Source of the DNA: Candidatus Hydrogenedentota bacterium
GTDB lineage: Bacteria > Hydrogenedentota > Hydrogenedentia > Hydrogenedentales > GCA-2746185
Reading direction: 5' to 3'
Assembly (NCBI GenBank): GCA_029937645.1
Contig: JAPYPO010000004.1
Location: forward strand, 1 to 34,394
DNA: 34,394 bases
Below are positions 1-8,087 of this stretch, piece after piece; positions within the stretch are counted from its first letter, which is position 1, and every line of letters begins with the position of its first letter. The notes beneath the pieces are model-generated. The model was not told the origin of the DNA. It searched no databases and saw nothing but the letters and a program-made list of their open reading frames with translations. Both the position numbers and the translations under genes were made by a program.

Positions 1-216
1 TTTCAGCGCTACGTAATGACGACACCAGCCGGGAAACGCCTATTCAAGGAGTTCTTGGAAGCCATCCACGTGGAAGCAGAGGGAAACACCCTAAATCTGG
101 ACCGATGCAACCGCGCTGTCCTCAACGTACGCGTAAAACACAACCACAACGACGGCAAGACCTACGCAAATGTCAGCCGTCACATACCCATAGAAAGCGT
201 CTTGAATGTAGACTAA
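1..216 (+). CDS. hypothetical protein of the integrated element, possibly 5'-truncated by the window edge
   Basis: ORF track 16..216. Codons 1-15 are in frame with no stop, so the gene may start off-window. I recognise no motif. It lies upstream of the excisionase-like and integrase genes. Confidence 0.4.
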   Translation, partial: FQRYVMTTPAGKRLFKEFLEAIHVEAEGNTLNLDRCNRAVLNVRVKHNHNDGKTYANVSRHIPIESVLNVD

Positions 217-221
217 ACCGA

Positions 222-256
222 GGGGCTGGGAGCGCGCGACATGGCTTCCCAGCCCC
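222..256. repeat. perfect 10-bp inverted repeat (GGGGCTGGGA / TCCCAGCCCC) with a 15-nt loop, between ORF1 and the xis-like gene
   Basis: Arms read directly at 222-231 and 247-256. No T-run follows, so it is a regulatory or weak terminator hairpin rather than a canonical intrinsic terminator. Confidence 0.5.
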
Positions 257-274
257 CGCTAAATACGAGGTCAG

Positions 275-499
275 ATGAAACTCTATACGCGAAAAGAAGC
301 GGCAGACACTCTGAGAGTCGGGCTTCGAACGTTGGACCGATGGCTAGCCGATGGCCGCATTCAATGCTACAGACTCGGAGCGGGTTCAAAGGCTCCTGTC
401 CGCATCTCTGAGGATCAACTGGCTGAGTACCTAGCCAATTCTCAAAATGAAAAGAATCCCACCATGCACGACCGCGCACAAGAGATAATCGAACGATAG
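275..499 (+). CDS. xis: excisionase / MerR-superfamily helix-turn-helix DNA-binding protein
   Basis: The N-terminus YTRKEAADTLRVGLRTLDRWLADGRIQCYRLG...VRISEDQLAEYL is the typical excisionase-family HTH pattern. GAGG lies 6 nt upstream of the ATG. The gene is convergent with the integrase. Confidence 0.75.
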   Translation: MKLYTRKEAADTLRVGLRTLDRWLADGRIQCYRLGAGSKAPVRISEDQLAEYLANSQNEKNPTMHDRAQEIIER

Positions 500-528
500 C
501 ACTTTTCTTCCGACTGTCGAAGCGCCTC

Positions 529-1635
529 CTAAATATTTTCGGCAGCCTCGTTATATGTCTTCTGGAAGTGCGCATACCTCTGAGTAATCCAAGTCGTCGA
601 GTGACCCAGCCAGCCCGCAATTACATGGAGTGACGTTCCGGCAACCGCATGGCGCGAAGCAAAGGAATGCCGGAGCGAGTGGGGCGTTGCCGAAATCCCG
701 GCTATCTTGCAGATTTGGGCAAAAGCCTTCTTGAAGTCAGCACGATATCGAGATCTGTTGTCACCGCATCGCGTGGATTTCAGTATGAACCCCTCTATTT
801 CGCAGTAAGATCGGAGGATCTCAATCAAGTGGGCGTTCATCGAAATTATCCGCGGTCTCCCGTTCTTTGTAGTGAAGTCCGAGTCGTTCGATACTGTGAG
901 TACCTTCTTCTTCCAGTCTATCCACTCCCACTTGGCAAAACAGGCCTCCCCCTTTCTGAGACCGGCCAACGCCATCAAGGCAGTCGCGAGATAGACATTT
1001 CTGGCCTCGGTTTCACGTACGAACTTGACATCGCGATACTCCAGGGCCGTCCTAAGCAATTCATCTATCTGTTCCGATTCCAGATAGTCCTTGTCTGAAA
1101 TGATTGGCAGCTTGTAGCGCTCAATGTTGGCTACAGGGTTCTCGCCAGTATACAGGCCGAGTTTGATGGCGTGGTTCCAGATGGAGTTCAAAGTCTTGAG
1201 GCCATCGTTAATACTCTGCTTCTTGAGGCCCACTCCCTTTCTCGTATTCTTGCCTTGGATTGCCCGCGCCGTCTTGAACTCTTCTATCTTGGCTGGCGTG
1301 ATGTCCCCCATGTGCTCGGCCTCAGTGAATTCTGTCAGCTGCTTAAACCAGTTTCGATACTCTTCCGCAGCACTTCGAGATCGGTTCTGGCTGGCCCAAT
1401 CCTTGAATTGGATCCAGAACTCATCGATACGCGGGTTCTTATGCTCGGATTTGGGCTTGTCGGATACGTTGAGAACGAGTTCTCCTTCGTCTTCAAGTAT
1501 GGTTTCTATTTCGCGCTTGAGCTTGAGCGCCTCACGTTTGTTCTTGGTTCGCAAGGAACGCACGCGTTGCTTTCCATTCTCACGGTAGGTGATGCACCAA
1601 AGGCCACTTTGCTTCTTTTTCCAGAGGCTTGCCAT
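529..1635 (-). CDS. int: tyrosine recombinase / phage-type integrase
   Basis: The C-terminal catalytic region has GLRKGE (Arg), HSLRHSFASRH (H-x-x-R) and GWLGHSTTWITQRYAH (His plus catalytic Tyr). AAGGAGA RBS lies 6 nt upstream of the ATG. The gene is 166 nt from the 3' end of tRNA-Asp. Confidence 0.95.
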   Translation of the reverse strand: MASLWKKKQSGLWCITYRENGKQRVRSLRTKNKREALKLKREIETILEDEGELVLNVSDKPKSEHKNPRIDEFWIQFKDWASQNRSRSAAEEYRNWFKQLTEFTEAEHMGDITPAKIEEFKTARAIQGKNTRKGVGLKKQSINDGLKTLNSIWNHAIKLGLYTGENPVANIERYKLPIISDKDYLESEQIDELLRTALEYRDVKFVRETEARNVYLATALMALAGLRKGEACFAKWEWIDWKKKVLTVSNDSDFTTKNGRPRIISMNAHLIEILRSYCEIEGFILKSTRCGDNRSRYRADFKKAFAQICKIAGISATPHSLRHSFASRHAVAGTSLHVIAGWLGHSTTWITQRYAHFQKTYNEAAENI

Positions 1636-1710
1636 TCAATCGTCTCCTTCGCCTTGATAGACGAGGTAAGAGCCGTGAATGTCCTTTTCCAGTCAGAAAG
1701 GGCCGCGAAA

Positions 1711-1730
1711 TGTTATACGAATTGTTATAC
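1711..1730. repeat. direct repeat TGTTATAC x2 (1711-1718 and 1723-1730, 12-nt period) upstream of int
   Basis: Read directly. It lies 76-95 nt upstream of the int start on the int-coding strand. It could be an arm-type or operator site; that is inference only. Confidence 0.35.
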
Positions 1731-1751
1731 CCGGACCGTTTTAGATGCAGA

Positions 1752-1787
1752 AAGGCCAACAGCTCAAACGTGTAAGCTGTTGGCCTT
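1752..1787 (-). terminator. perfect 13-bp stem (AAGGCCAACAGCT / AGCTGTTGGCCTT) with a 10-nt loop, 14 nt downstream of the tRNA-Asp 3' end
   Basis: Arms at 1752-1764 and 1775-1787. On the minus strand the hairpin is followed by CTTTCTGC, a weak T-tract. It is positioned to terminate the tRNA transcript. Confidence 0.45.
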
Positions 1788-1800
1788 GAAGTGGTTTATA

Positions 1801-1877
1801 TGGCGGGGACGACCGGACTCGAACCGGCGACCTCATGCGTGACAGGCATGCGTTCTAACCAACTGAACTACGCCCCC
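1801..1877 (-). tRNA. tRNA-Asp (anticodon GTC), CCA encoded
   Basis: The reverse complement is GGGGGCGTAGTTCAGTTGGTTAGAACGCATGCCTGTCACGCATGAGGTCGCCGGTTCGAGTCCGGTCGTCCCCGCCA. It folds by hand as a cloverleaf. The acceptor stem is 7 bp with one G-U, and the D stem is GTTC/GAAC. The anticodon stem is CATGC/GCATG with loop CTGTCAC, and the T stem-loop contains GGTTCGAGTCC. The discriminator is G. Confidence 0.95.
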
Positions 1878-2022
1878 GAAGGCGTTTCAGATTGACGTTA
1901 AACCCCGCCAACCGAAGGTATAATCTAGCATATTAAGGAGAGGGCTTGCAAGCAGCCCCTGTCCCTAATTTAGGCTAAGCCCTCCGCATTTGCTACACTA
2001 GGCGGAATTCGCGTCCAGTGAA

Positions 2023-3153
2023 TTGTCGTTCCAAACCCGAAAATGTGTTCCAGCGGAGAAGTGCGTGAAAGCAGTCTTAGCGTTAGAAGATGGCTTGGTC
2101 TTTGAAGGCCGTTCCGTCGGCGGTGAAGGTGAAGCCTGCGGCGAACTTGTCTTCAATACCTCCATGACCGGGTATCAAGAGATCCTCACTGATCCCTCGT
2201 ACGCCGGCCAGATTGTTACGATGACCTACCCGTTGATCGGGAATTATGGCGTGAATGAAGAAGATGTTGAATCCCGCCGACCCTTTTGCCGGGGCTTCGT
2301 CATGCACGAATGCTGCTTTGAACCTAGCAACTGGCGCGCGACGCAGTCGCTCCCTGATTATCTCAGCGCGAACCACATCGTGGCTATTGACGGTATTGAT
2401 ACCCGCAAAATTACGAAACATCTGCGTGAACGCGGCGCGATGAAGTCGGTCATCAGCACCCAGGAATTCGATCACGGCGCCCTTGTGGCCAAGGCCAAGG
2501 CCTCCACCGGCATGGCTGGCTGCGACTTCGTGCAGGAAGTATCGGTCCGAGAAGCCTACACTTGGAACCCTGGCGTAAATGGAAAATACAACGTCGTCGC
2601 GCTTGACTACGGCATTAAGCTCAACATCCTGCGCCTGCTCGAAGAGGCGGGTTGCTCGGTGACGGTTGTGCCGTCCACGGCGACGGTGGAAGAGATTGAA
2701 GCGTTGCAGCCCGATGGACTTTTCCTGTCCAATGGGCCTGGCGATCCCGCTGCGTTGAGTTACCTCTACCCAACGTTGCAAACGCTCGTGCCGAAGCTAC
2801 CGGTGTTTGGGATCTGCCTCGGCCATCAGGTACTTGCCCACGCCTTGGGGGGTAGCACCTACAAGCTAAAGTTTGGGCACCGTGGCGGAAACCAGCCCGT
2901 GCTCAATTCCCAGACCGGGGCCGTCGAGATCAGCTCGCAGAACCACGGTTTCGCGGTCGATCCCGATTCCTTCGATTCGAACGAAGTTGAAATCACCCAT
3001 ATAAACCTCAACGATGGCTCCGTCGAAGGCCTGCGCCACAAGAAGCATCCCGTCTTTAGTGTGCAGCACCATCCCGAATCTTCGCCAGGCCCCCACGATA
3101 GCCGATACCTTTTCGAGGAGTTTACGAAATTGATGGATGCGGCCAAGGCCTAG
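2023..3153 (+). CDS. carA: carbamoyl-phosphate synthase small (glutamine amidotransferase) subunit
   Basis: LALEDGLVFEGRSVG...VFNTSMTGYQEILTDPSYAGQIVTMTYPLIGNYGVN is the CarA N-domain. GICLGHQ and HHPE are the class I GATase triad. The track start at 2023 is TTG. An in-frame GTG at 2065 (VKAVLALEDG) gives a more typical N-terminus. Confidence 0.95.
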   Translation: MSFQTRKCVPAEKCVKAVLALEDGLVFEGRSVGGEGEACGELVFNTSMTGYQEILTDPSYAGQIVTMTYPLIGNYGVNEEDVESRRPFCRGFVMHECCFEPSNWRATQSLPDYLSANHIVAIDGIDTRKITKHLRERGAMKSVISTQEFDHGALVAKAKASTGMAGCDFVQEVSVREAYTWNPGVNGKYNVVALDYGIKLNILRLLEEAGCSVTVVPSTATVEEIEALQPDGLFLSNGPGDPAALSYLYPTLQTLVPKLPVFGICLGHQVLAHALGGSTYKLKFGHRGGNQPVLNSQTGAVEISSQNHGFAVDPDSFDSNEVEITHINLNDGSVEGLRHKKHPVFSVQHHPESSPGPHDSRYLFEEFTKLMDAAKA

Positions 3154-3901
3154 CTATCCGCCGCGCGCCAATGCTTCGATAAACGCAGCTTTATTATCGC
3201 GGACGCGTACCTCGAATAGGCCTTCGCGCACGGCCGTAATCTCGCCCTTCGTGCCGTCCCGCACGATATGGCCCTTCGAAATCATGATCACGCGGTCGCA
3301 CACATACTCCACATCCGGGAGAAGGTGCGAGGATAACAATACGGTGATGTCGCGGCCACGGGGAAGATCGCGTATGAGTTCGAGCATGGTCGCCCGGCCA
3401 TCGGGATCCAGTCCATTTGTGGGTTTGTCCAGCAGCAGAATTTTTGGGTCATGGATGAGGGCCGTGGCGAACTTCATGCGTTGGCGCATCCCCGTGGAGT
3501 AGGTCTCTGTATGCCGGTAGCGGTTGTCGTCCATCCCCACATAATTGAGGAGTTCGTGTGACCGCTCCATGGCATCCATGCGCGTCATGCCGTAGAGGCG
3601 TCCGCAATAGGCGAGGAAATTTACCCAGCTGATCTTCGGGCTGACCACTTCCTTCTCGGGCATGTATCCGAGCCGCTGCCGGACCTCGATGAATTCCTTT
3701 GGCATCGGCCCTCCCGAATACCGTTACCAAGCCCTTCTTCGGCTTGACAAAACCCAGCAAGGTTTTCAGGAGGGTGCTTTTGCCCGCGCCGTTGGGGCCC
3801 AACAGGCCGACCGTGCCGCCCTCGATGTGGCAAGTCACATTGTCGAGCGCCTTGTTGCGTCCGTAGCGAACTTCCAAACCTTCGATGGCAATGAGCGCCA
3901 T
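3154..3901 (-). pseudogene. ABC transporter ATP-binding protein disrupted by a 1-nt frameshift
   Basis: The N-terminal fragment (start 3901, RBS AAAGGGGAG) carries Walker A GLLGPNGAGKST and becomes nonsense after GLVTVFG. The C-terminal fragment (3154..3705) starts at PKEFIEVRQRLGYMPE and carries the signature STGMRQR, Walker B ILLLDKPTNGLD and the H-loop SSH. The frames rejoin if one base is removed from the CCCTCCC run at 3709-3715. Confidence 0.75.
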
Positions 3902-3953
3902 TGAGCGCTCCCCTTTTTGCGCCGGCATTGCCCCGCGGCGGAAGTGTTTGCGT

Positions 3954-5834
3954 TCAGTTGTCGAGCGCCTTCCTTATTTCCTGGCATAATTCCACGGGCC
4001 CGAAAGGCTTCTGAACAAAAGCGCTTGCGCCTGCATCAATGAGCCGTTGCGCTGACTCATCCAGATCATAACCGCTACAGAGGATGACCTTCAATGCGGG
4101 CTGTGCCGCCCGGAGCAAGGGAAAGGCCTCCGCGCCCCCCATAACGGGCATCGCCATGTCGAGTACCACGATATCGATTTCTTTGCCGTATTCCTGTGTC
4201 ATCTCGACCGCTTCGCGACCGTTGCAGGCGAGGAGAACCGCGTACCCGTAATACTCCAGCACATTTCGACTGACCGAGGCCACCATCTCCTCGTCCTCGA
4301 CAATAAGGACGGTTTCCGTCCCGCGCACCTCTTGAGGGGTCCGAACTGAGGTCTCATCCGCTTCGGCCTTGGTCGCTGGCAGGTACAGATCGAAGCGGGT
4401 GCCTTCGCCCAACTGGCTTTCCCCGTAGATCGCGCCTTGGTGATTTTTGGCGATGCCGTATACCGCAGCCATGCCTAATCCCCGGGCGTCTTTCTTCGTA
4501 GTGAAGTAAGGCTCGTACACACAGTCCAGTGTCTCCTGGGTCATTCCGCAGCCTTTGTCTTCTACCGTCAGACGAATGTAGTTTCCAACTTCCAACCCAG
4601 GCGTATTGGCTGCCATTGACGCGCCAACCTCCACGTTGTCGGTGCGTACGTGAATATCGCCGCCGTCCGAGGTGGCGTCCAGGGCGTTCAAGAGAATATT
4701 GTGGATTGCTTCCGTGAGTTGCGCGGCGTCCGCCTCTGCGTTCCAAATCGATGGCTCAAATTCTTGAATCGCGATTCGGGCCTTCGGGTGGACGCGGGTG
4801 AGTTGCACCGCCGCATCGTCGACCAGCCGGTTTAGCGAAACGACACGCGGCCGGTACTTGCCGCCGCGCGCAAAGGCCAGCACCTGCTGCGCGAGTTTAC
4901 CTGCGTCCCGCCCGGCGGACTCAATTTCTGTCAGTCGTTCTACGCAAGCATTGTTATCGCCGAGCTTCATCTTGAGCAACGAGGCGTTTCCCAACACCCC
5001 CACCATCAGGTTGTTAAAATCGTGCGCGATACCCCCAGCCAGCGTCGCCACCGCCTCCATGCGCGCCGCCGCGCGCCGCGCCTTCTCGTCGCGCGAGCGC
5101 TCTGTCAAATCCGCCATATACACGACATAAAAGGGGCGGCCATCGCGGCGTGTCCGGATGAGATGCACTTTCAGTTCTACGGAAAAACGGCTTCCATCCT
5201 TGCGTACGCTCACCGTGTCAAAGGCGGCATGCCCCTTTTCATTTAGCGCCTCGGCAATGGGCTGAAATTCGTCACCGTCATTCCCTGAGATGAGCATATT
5301 CAGAGGAGCGCCATTCAACTCCTTCAGAGTGTAGCCGTGCATATTCGCGAAGGATCGGCCTGCATAATCAATGAGGCCACCCTCTGCCCGAACAATGGCA
5401 AGGCCCCAGGACGCGTCTTCCTCTTGCCCCTCCCACTGGTCAAGAGACACGGTCGACACATTCGACTCCTCGGAACCCGTCGCAAGGAAGCCCATGCGTT
5501 CGCCATCACCGTTTTGAAGGGGCGAAATGCAGACGGTGAATGAAACGCGCCCGCCATCGGGACAAATAAAGTCGAGTGCGCAATGACTTGGGGATGTCGC
5601 GTGCATCGGATCGCGCGCTTCCCCTAAATTCGCCGGCGAATCAGGATCTAAGAATCCATCGACGCGTTGGCCGAGTATGTCTTCGGGTGCCCGGCCCAGC
5701 GATTTCGCGAACGCGGGATCTACATGAATGATCGTGTGATTTCCGTCCTCGATCCACAAGGTCTGCTCCGCAATCGCCGCGGAGATTGCGGCCGATTCCG
5801 GTGGGTCATGCTGCGTATCGTTCCTTTGATTCAA
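3954..5834 (-). CDS. cytoplasmic hybrid sensor histidine kinase (PAS-PAS-HisKA-HATPase-REC)
   Basis: The H-box is GGIAHDFNNLM. The ATPase N and G boxes are NILLNALDA and DKGCGM...GLGMAAVYG. The C-terminal receiver is VLIVEDEE...VVLDMAMPVMGG...K. Two PAS-like segments are present and no TM segment. The start at 5834 is TTG. Confidence 0.9.
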   Translation of the reverse strand: MNQRNDTQHDPPESAAISAAIAEQTLWIEDGNHTIIHVDPAFAKSLGRAPEDILGQRVDGFLDPDSPANLGEARDPMHATSPSHCALDFICPDGGRVSFTVCISPLQNGDGERMGFLATGSEESNVSTVSLDQWEGQEEDASWGLAIVRAEGGLIDYAGRSFANMHGYTLKELNGAPLNMLISGNDGDEFQPIAEALNEKGHAAFDTVSVRKDGSRFSVELKVHLIRTRRDGRPFYVVYMADLTERSRDEKARRAAARMEAVATLAGGIAHDFNNLMVGVLGNASLLKMKLGDNNACVERLTEIESAGRDAGKLAQQVLAFARGGKYRPRVVSLNRLVDDAAVQLTRVHPKARIAIQEFEPSIWNAEADAAQLTEAIHNILLNALDATSDGGDIHVRTDNVEVGASMAANTPGLEVGNYIRLTVEDKGCGMTQETLDCVYEPYFTTKKDARGLGMAAVYGIAKNHQGAIYGESQLGEGTRFDLYLPATKAEADETSVRTPQEVRGTETVLIVEDEEMVASVSRNVLEYYGYAVLLACNGREAVEMTQEYGKEIDIVVLDMAMPVMGGAEAFPLLRAAQPALKVILCSGYDLDESAQRLIDAGASAFVQKPFGPVELCQEIRKALDN

Positions 5835-5937
5835 GATTCTCTACTACTCCTTGCGCACAGATCTTGCCAGCGAAATGCACGGTACTGAACCGCAGCCAAG
5901 CGGGGAATGACTACCTAGAAGACAAACAAGCATACAT

Positions 5938-5943
5938 ATTATA
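5938..5943 (-). promoter_or_regulatory. candidate -10 hexamer (TATAAT on the minus strand) for the histidine kinase gene, with an A/T-rich upstream region
   Basis: Perfect TATAAT about 100 nt upstream of the TTG start. The strongly A/T-rich stretch 5944-6057 lies immediately upstream on that strand. I found no convincing -35. Confidence 0.3.
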
Positions 5944-6057
5944 CCCGATAAATCCAGCAAAGGTTCCGTAATTGAAACAAATTTTCAAAGTTAAGGTGAA
6001 AATCACATCAAATTTTGCATTAAAACTATTAAATCTATTAATTACTTAAGTGCTTTC

Positions 6058-6084
6058 GAAAAAGGGAGGGAGAGAGGGAGGAAA
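6058..6084. repeat. 27-nt uninterrupted polypurine tract (GAAAAAGGGAGGGAGAGAGGGAGGAAA)
   Basis: Read directly. It begins 2 nt beyond the stop codon of the 6087..8087 gene. Confidence 0.9.
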
Positions 6085-6086
6085 TC

Positions 6087-8087
6087 TTACGGACGGAAAG
6101 TGTAGAAGGCGTCGTTTGACCCCACGAACAGCAGCCTTAGATCTAGTTCGAGTTCGCGCGGCGCGATCACGTATTTGAAGGAAAAGTGCTCGCCCAGTTC
6201 CCGCCATTCCCTGGAGCTTCGGGCTTCCCATACCTCCGCCCAAGAGGCAGACGCCGGGTCTTCTGCTGGGCGTTCGAGCCGTATGCCATAGATGGGTTCA
6301 AGCATTCCTTGTATCGACGGTCCCAGCGATGGCATGTAGCTTGAGTGAAAGGAAGTCGCCATGTCCGCCATGACGGGGTGCCCCGTTTGCGCCTGGAGTA
6401 AAAGTTGGTGCGGCCCAGCAACAAGGAGGGCGTTCGTGTCGCCTTGCTCGTCGAGATAATCGGCGACCTTTCCTTCGAAAGCTCCGACCGGTAAATGCTC
6501 TCGGTTCGTATATTCGCTCCAGAGTATGGAGGTTACCAGGAGCGCGCCAAGTGTTAGGCAAAGGGCGTGGCTGCCGAGGATGCGCCGCGTCATGGTGGCA
6601 CTCGGTTGACTCAAGCGTGGAATCCGCCCGAGAGCAACCATGGCAAGCCATCCGACGGTCACGCACGCGGCCCCGAATTGATGGACAGCGCACAGGGCGG
6701 CTATTCCGGCCGCGTTCATGGCAATGATCCCCATGAACCGCCGTCGATATTTCTTGGGATTTTCGGCGTGCCAATCCTTCGCGGCGAGGAACAACAGCCC
6801 CAACGCGGCTCCGTAGAGGAAGAAGAATACGGAGTCGGTGGTTTTCAGATACCGGCTGTAGAAATTCTCGCCGATTAGCGTGCCGGTGCGATCCTTGATC
6901 AGGATGAATGCAAGGCTGGCCGCGACCGCGAGGGATCCGGAAGCGGCGAGTCGGGCCGTCTTCTTCGGCGTCAACAGTATGGATACGACCGCGGCGATAA
7001 GAATGGGCGAAAGGTGATTGCTCAGGCGATAGGGAAGCCAACCGAGGAGGAGGTATGGCGTGTGGTGTCGCCACATAAGATGTATGGCGATGATGCCGTA
7101 CACGACCGCCAAAACGCAGAGCGCGTAGGCCAACACCCAACGCCAGGCCGAATCGCGCAAGAGACCGGCGGGCCAAGCGGCAAAGACCATCAGCCCCAAG
7201 AGAAGGATCCCGCCCGCGACGACGTGGCTATTCCCGACGGGTATGCTTCGGTGCATGTCGTCGCCGCCCAGGCGGCCTTCCCATATGGCCTGTACGTCGC
7301 CGCGTACGGCGTACGGACCGCTGTCCGGCGGCGGCAGTACGAAGGAACGCTGGATCAACAAGAAGACGAGGCAAACGGCGAGCCCTCCAAAAAACCATGA
7401 CAGGATTTTTCGCAGTGTGCCTAAAGAGCCGACCTGCCATAAGGCGATCGCGTACGCGCCGCCGAGCAGAAGCATGGGGGCCATCTGGCCCAGGTGTATA
7501 CAGGGCATGAGGCCGACGGCGAGCGCCGCCGCGCGCGCGTACCCGCCCGCAAAAAGCGCCACGACGATGAGGGTGTAACCGACGCCGATATGCCCATTCG
7601 AAAACACGCCGGGCCACAGAAACTGCGGGTACGCCCCATCGAACTCAAGATGAATGCCCGCCAGAAAGAGCGCGGTCGCAATACACCCGGCCGATACCCG
7701 CCGCGACAGCGTTGCCGCGAGCATGTACATGGGCAACACGGTGGACACAATGAATAGCAGATTCCGAAACCCGCACACGACGGCATCGGAACGGGTCAGC
7801 CAAAGGAGGAGCGCGGTGGAATAAAACTGCGCGTTGTATGCGGCCCTCGTGTATTGCGGAAGGGGGTGCCCATCGGGATACGGGACCAGCCCTGTCATGG
7901 CCTGCGCGAATTCCAGATCCTCATCCCAACGGATCCCGCGCAAGGCCAGCGCAAGAAGGCTAAAGCCGACCCATCCGGCGACGCCCAGCCAATACCGTCG
8001 CGCGTAGTCCTTATCTTGAGAAATGGGAAGGGGGGCTATAGCCTCGGAGCAATCTCTATTTCCCTTCGGTAGCGTTGCGTACCCCAT
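6087..8087 (-). CDS. large polytopic integral membrane protein, family unknown, with a C-terminal soluble domain of about 130 aa
   Basis: 666-aa ORF with many hydrophobic helices separated by short loops (roughly 14 or more by eye). It ends in a hydrophilic domain (EYTNREHLPVG...YVIAPRELELD...). I see no catalytic motif. The overall shape resembles GT-C or O-antigen-polymerase type proteins; that is only an impression. Confidence 0.8.
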   Translation of the reverse strand: MGYATLPKGNRDCSEAIAPLPISQDKDYARRYWLGVAGWVGFSLLALALRGIRWDEDLEFAQAMTGLVPYPDGHPLPQYTRAAYNAQFYSTALLLWLTRSDAVVCGFRNLLFIVSTVLPMYMLAATLSRRVSAGCIATALFLAGIHLEFDGAYPQFLWPGVFSNGHIGVGYTLIVVALFAGGYARAAALAVGLMPCIHLGQMAPMLLLGGAYAIALWQVGSLGTLRKILSWFFGGLAVCLVFLLIQRSFVLPPPDSGPYAVRGDVQAIWEGRLGGDDMHRSIPVGNSHVVAGGILLLGLMVFAAWPAGLLRDSAWRWVLAYALCVLAVVYGIIAIHLMWRHHTPYLLLGWLPYRLSNHLSPILIAAVVSILLTPKKTARLAASGSLAVAASLAFILIKDRTGTLIGENFYSRYLKTTDSVFFFLYGAALGLLFLAAKDWHAENPKKYRRRFMGIIAMNAAGIAALCAVHQFGAACVTVGWLAMVALGRIPRLSQPSATMTRRILGSHALCLTLGALLVTSILWSEYTNREHLPVGAFEGKVADYLDEQGDTNALLVAGPHQLLLQAQTGHPVMADMATSFHSSYMPSLGPSIQGMLEPIYGIRLERPAEDPASASWAEVWEARSSREWRELGEHFSFKYVIAPRELELDLRLLFVGSNDAFYTFRP

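Larger units (their letters stand above)
1..1877. mobile_element. right-hand end of an integrative element (prophage or genomic island) inserted at the 3' end of tRNA-Asp; it continues off-window to the left
   Basis: The int and xis pair lies directly beside the tRNA 3' end. The sequence is visibly more A/T-rich than the rest of the window. No second copy of the tRNA 3' segment occurs in the window, so the other att site must be off-window. Confidence 0.7.

Noticed and set aside
649-1842. Plus-strand ORFs (649..1098, 1124..1588, 1171..1842) over the integrase and tRNA
   Set aside because: They are antisense to a clearly real integrase, run into the tRNA gene, and have low-complexity composition.
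1892-1924. TTGACG ... TATAAT upstream of carA
   Set aside because: The -10 is perfect but the spacer is 21 nt, too long for a standard sigma70 promoter. It may still act as an extended or alternative promoter, but I cannot support that.
3700-3725. Programmed ribosomal frameshift in the ABC ATPase
   Set aside because: There is no slippery heptamer or downstream stimulatory structure, and the gene also lacks a partner and looks truncated. A mutation or homopolymer error is the simpler explanation.
6298-7617. Alternative-frame ORFs (6298..7176, 7228..7617, 7421..7786 and others) inside the 666-aa membrane protein gene
   Set aside because: These ORFs are Arg/Pro-rich. The 666-aa frame gives coherent TM helices over its full length.
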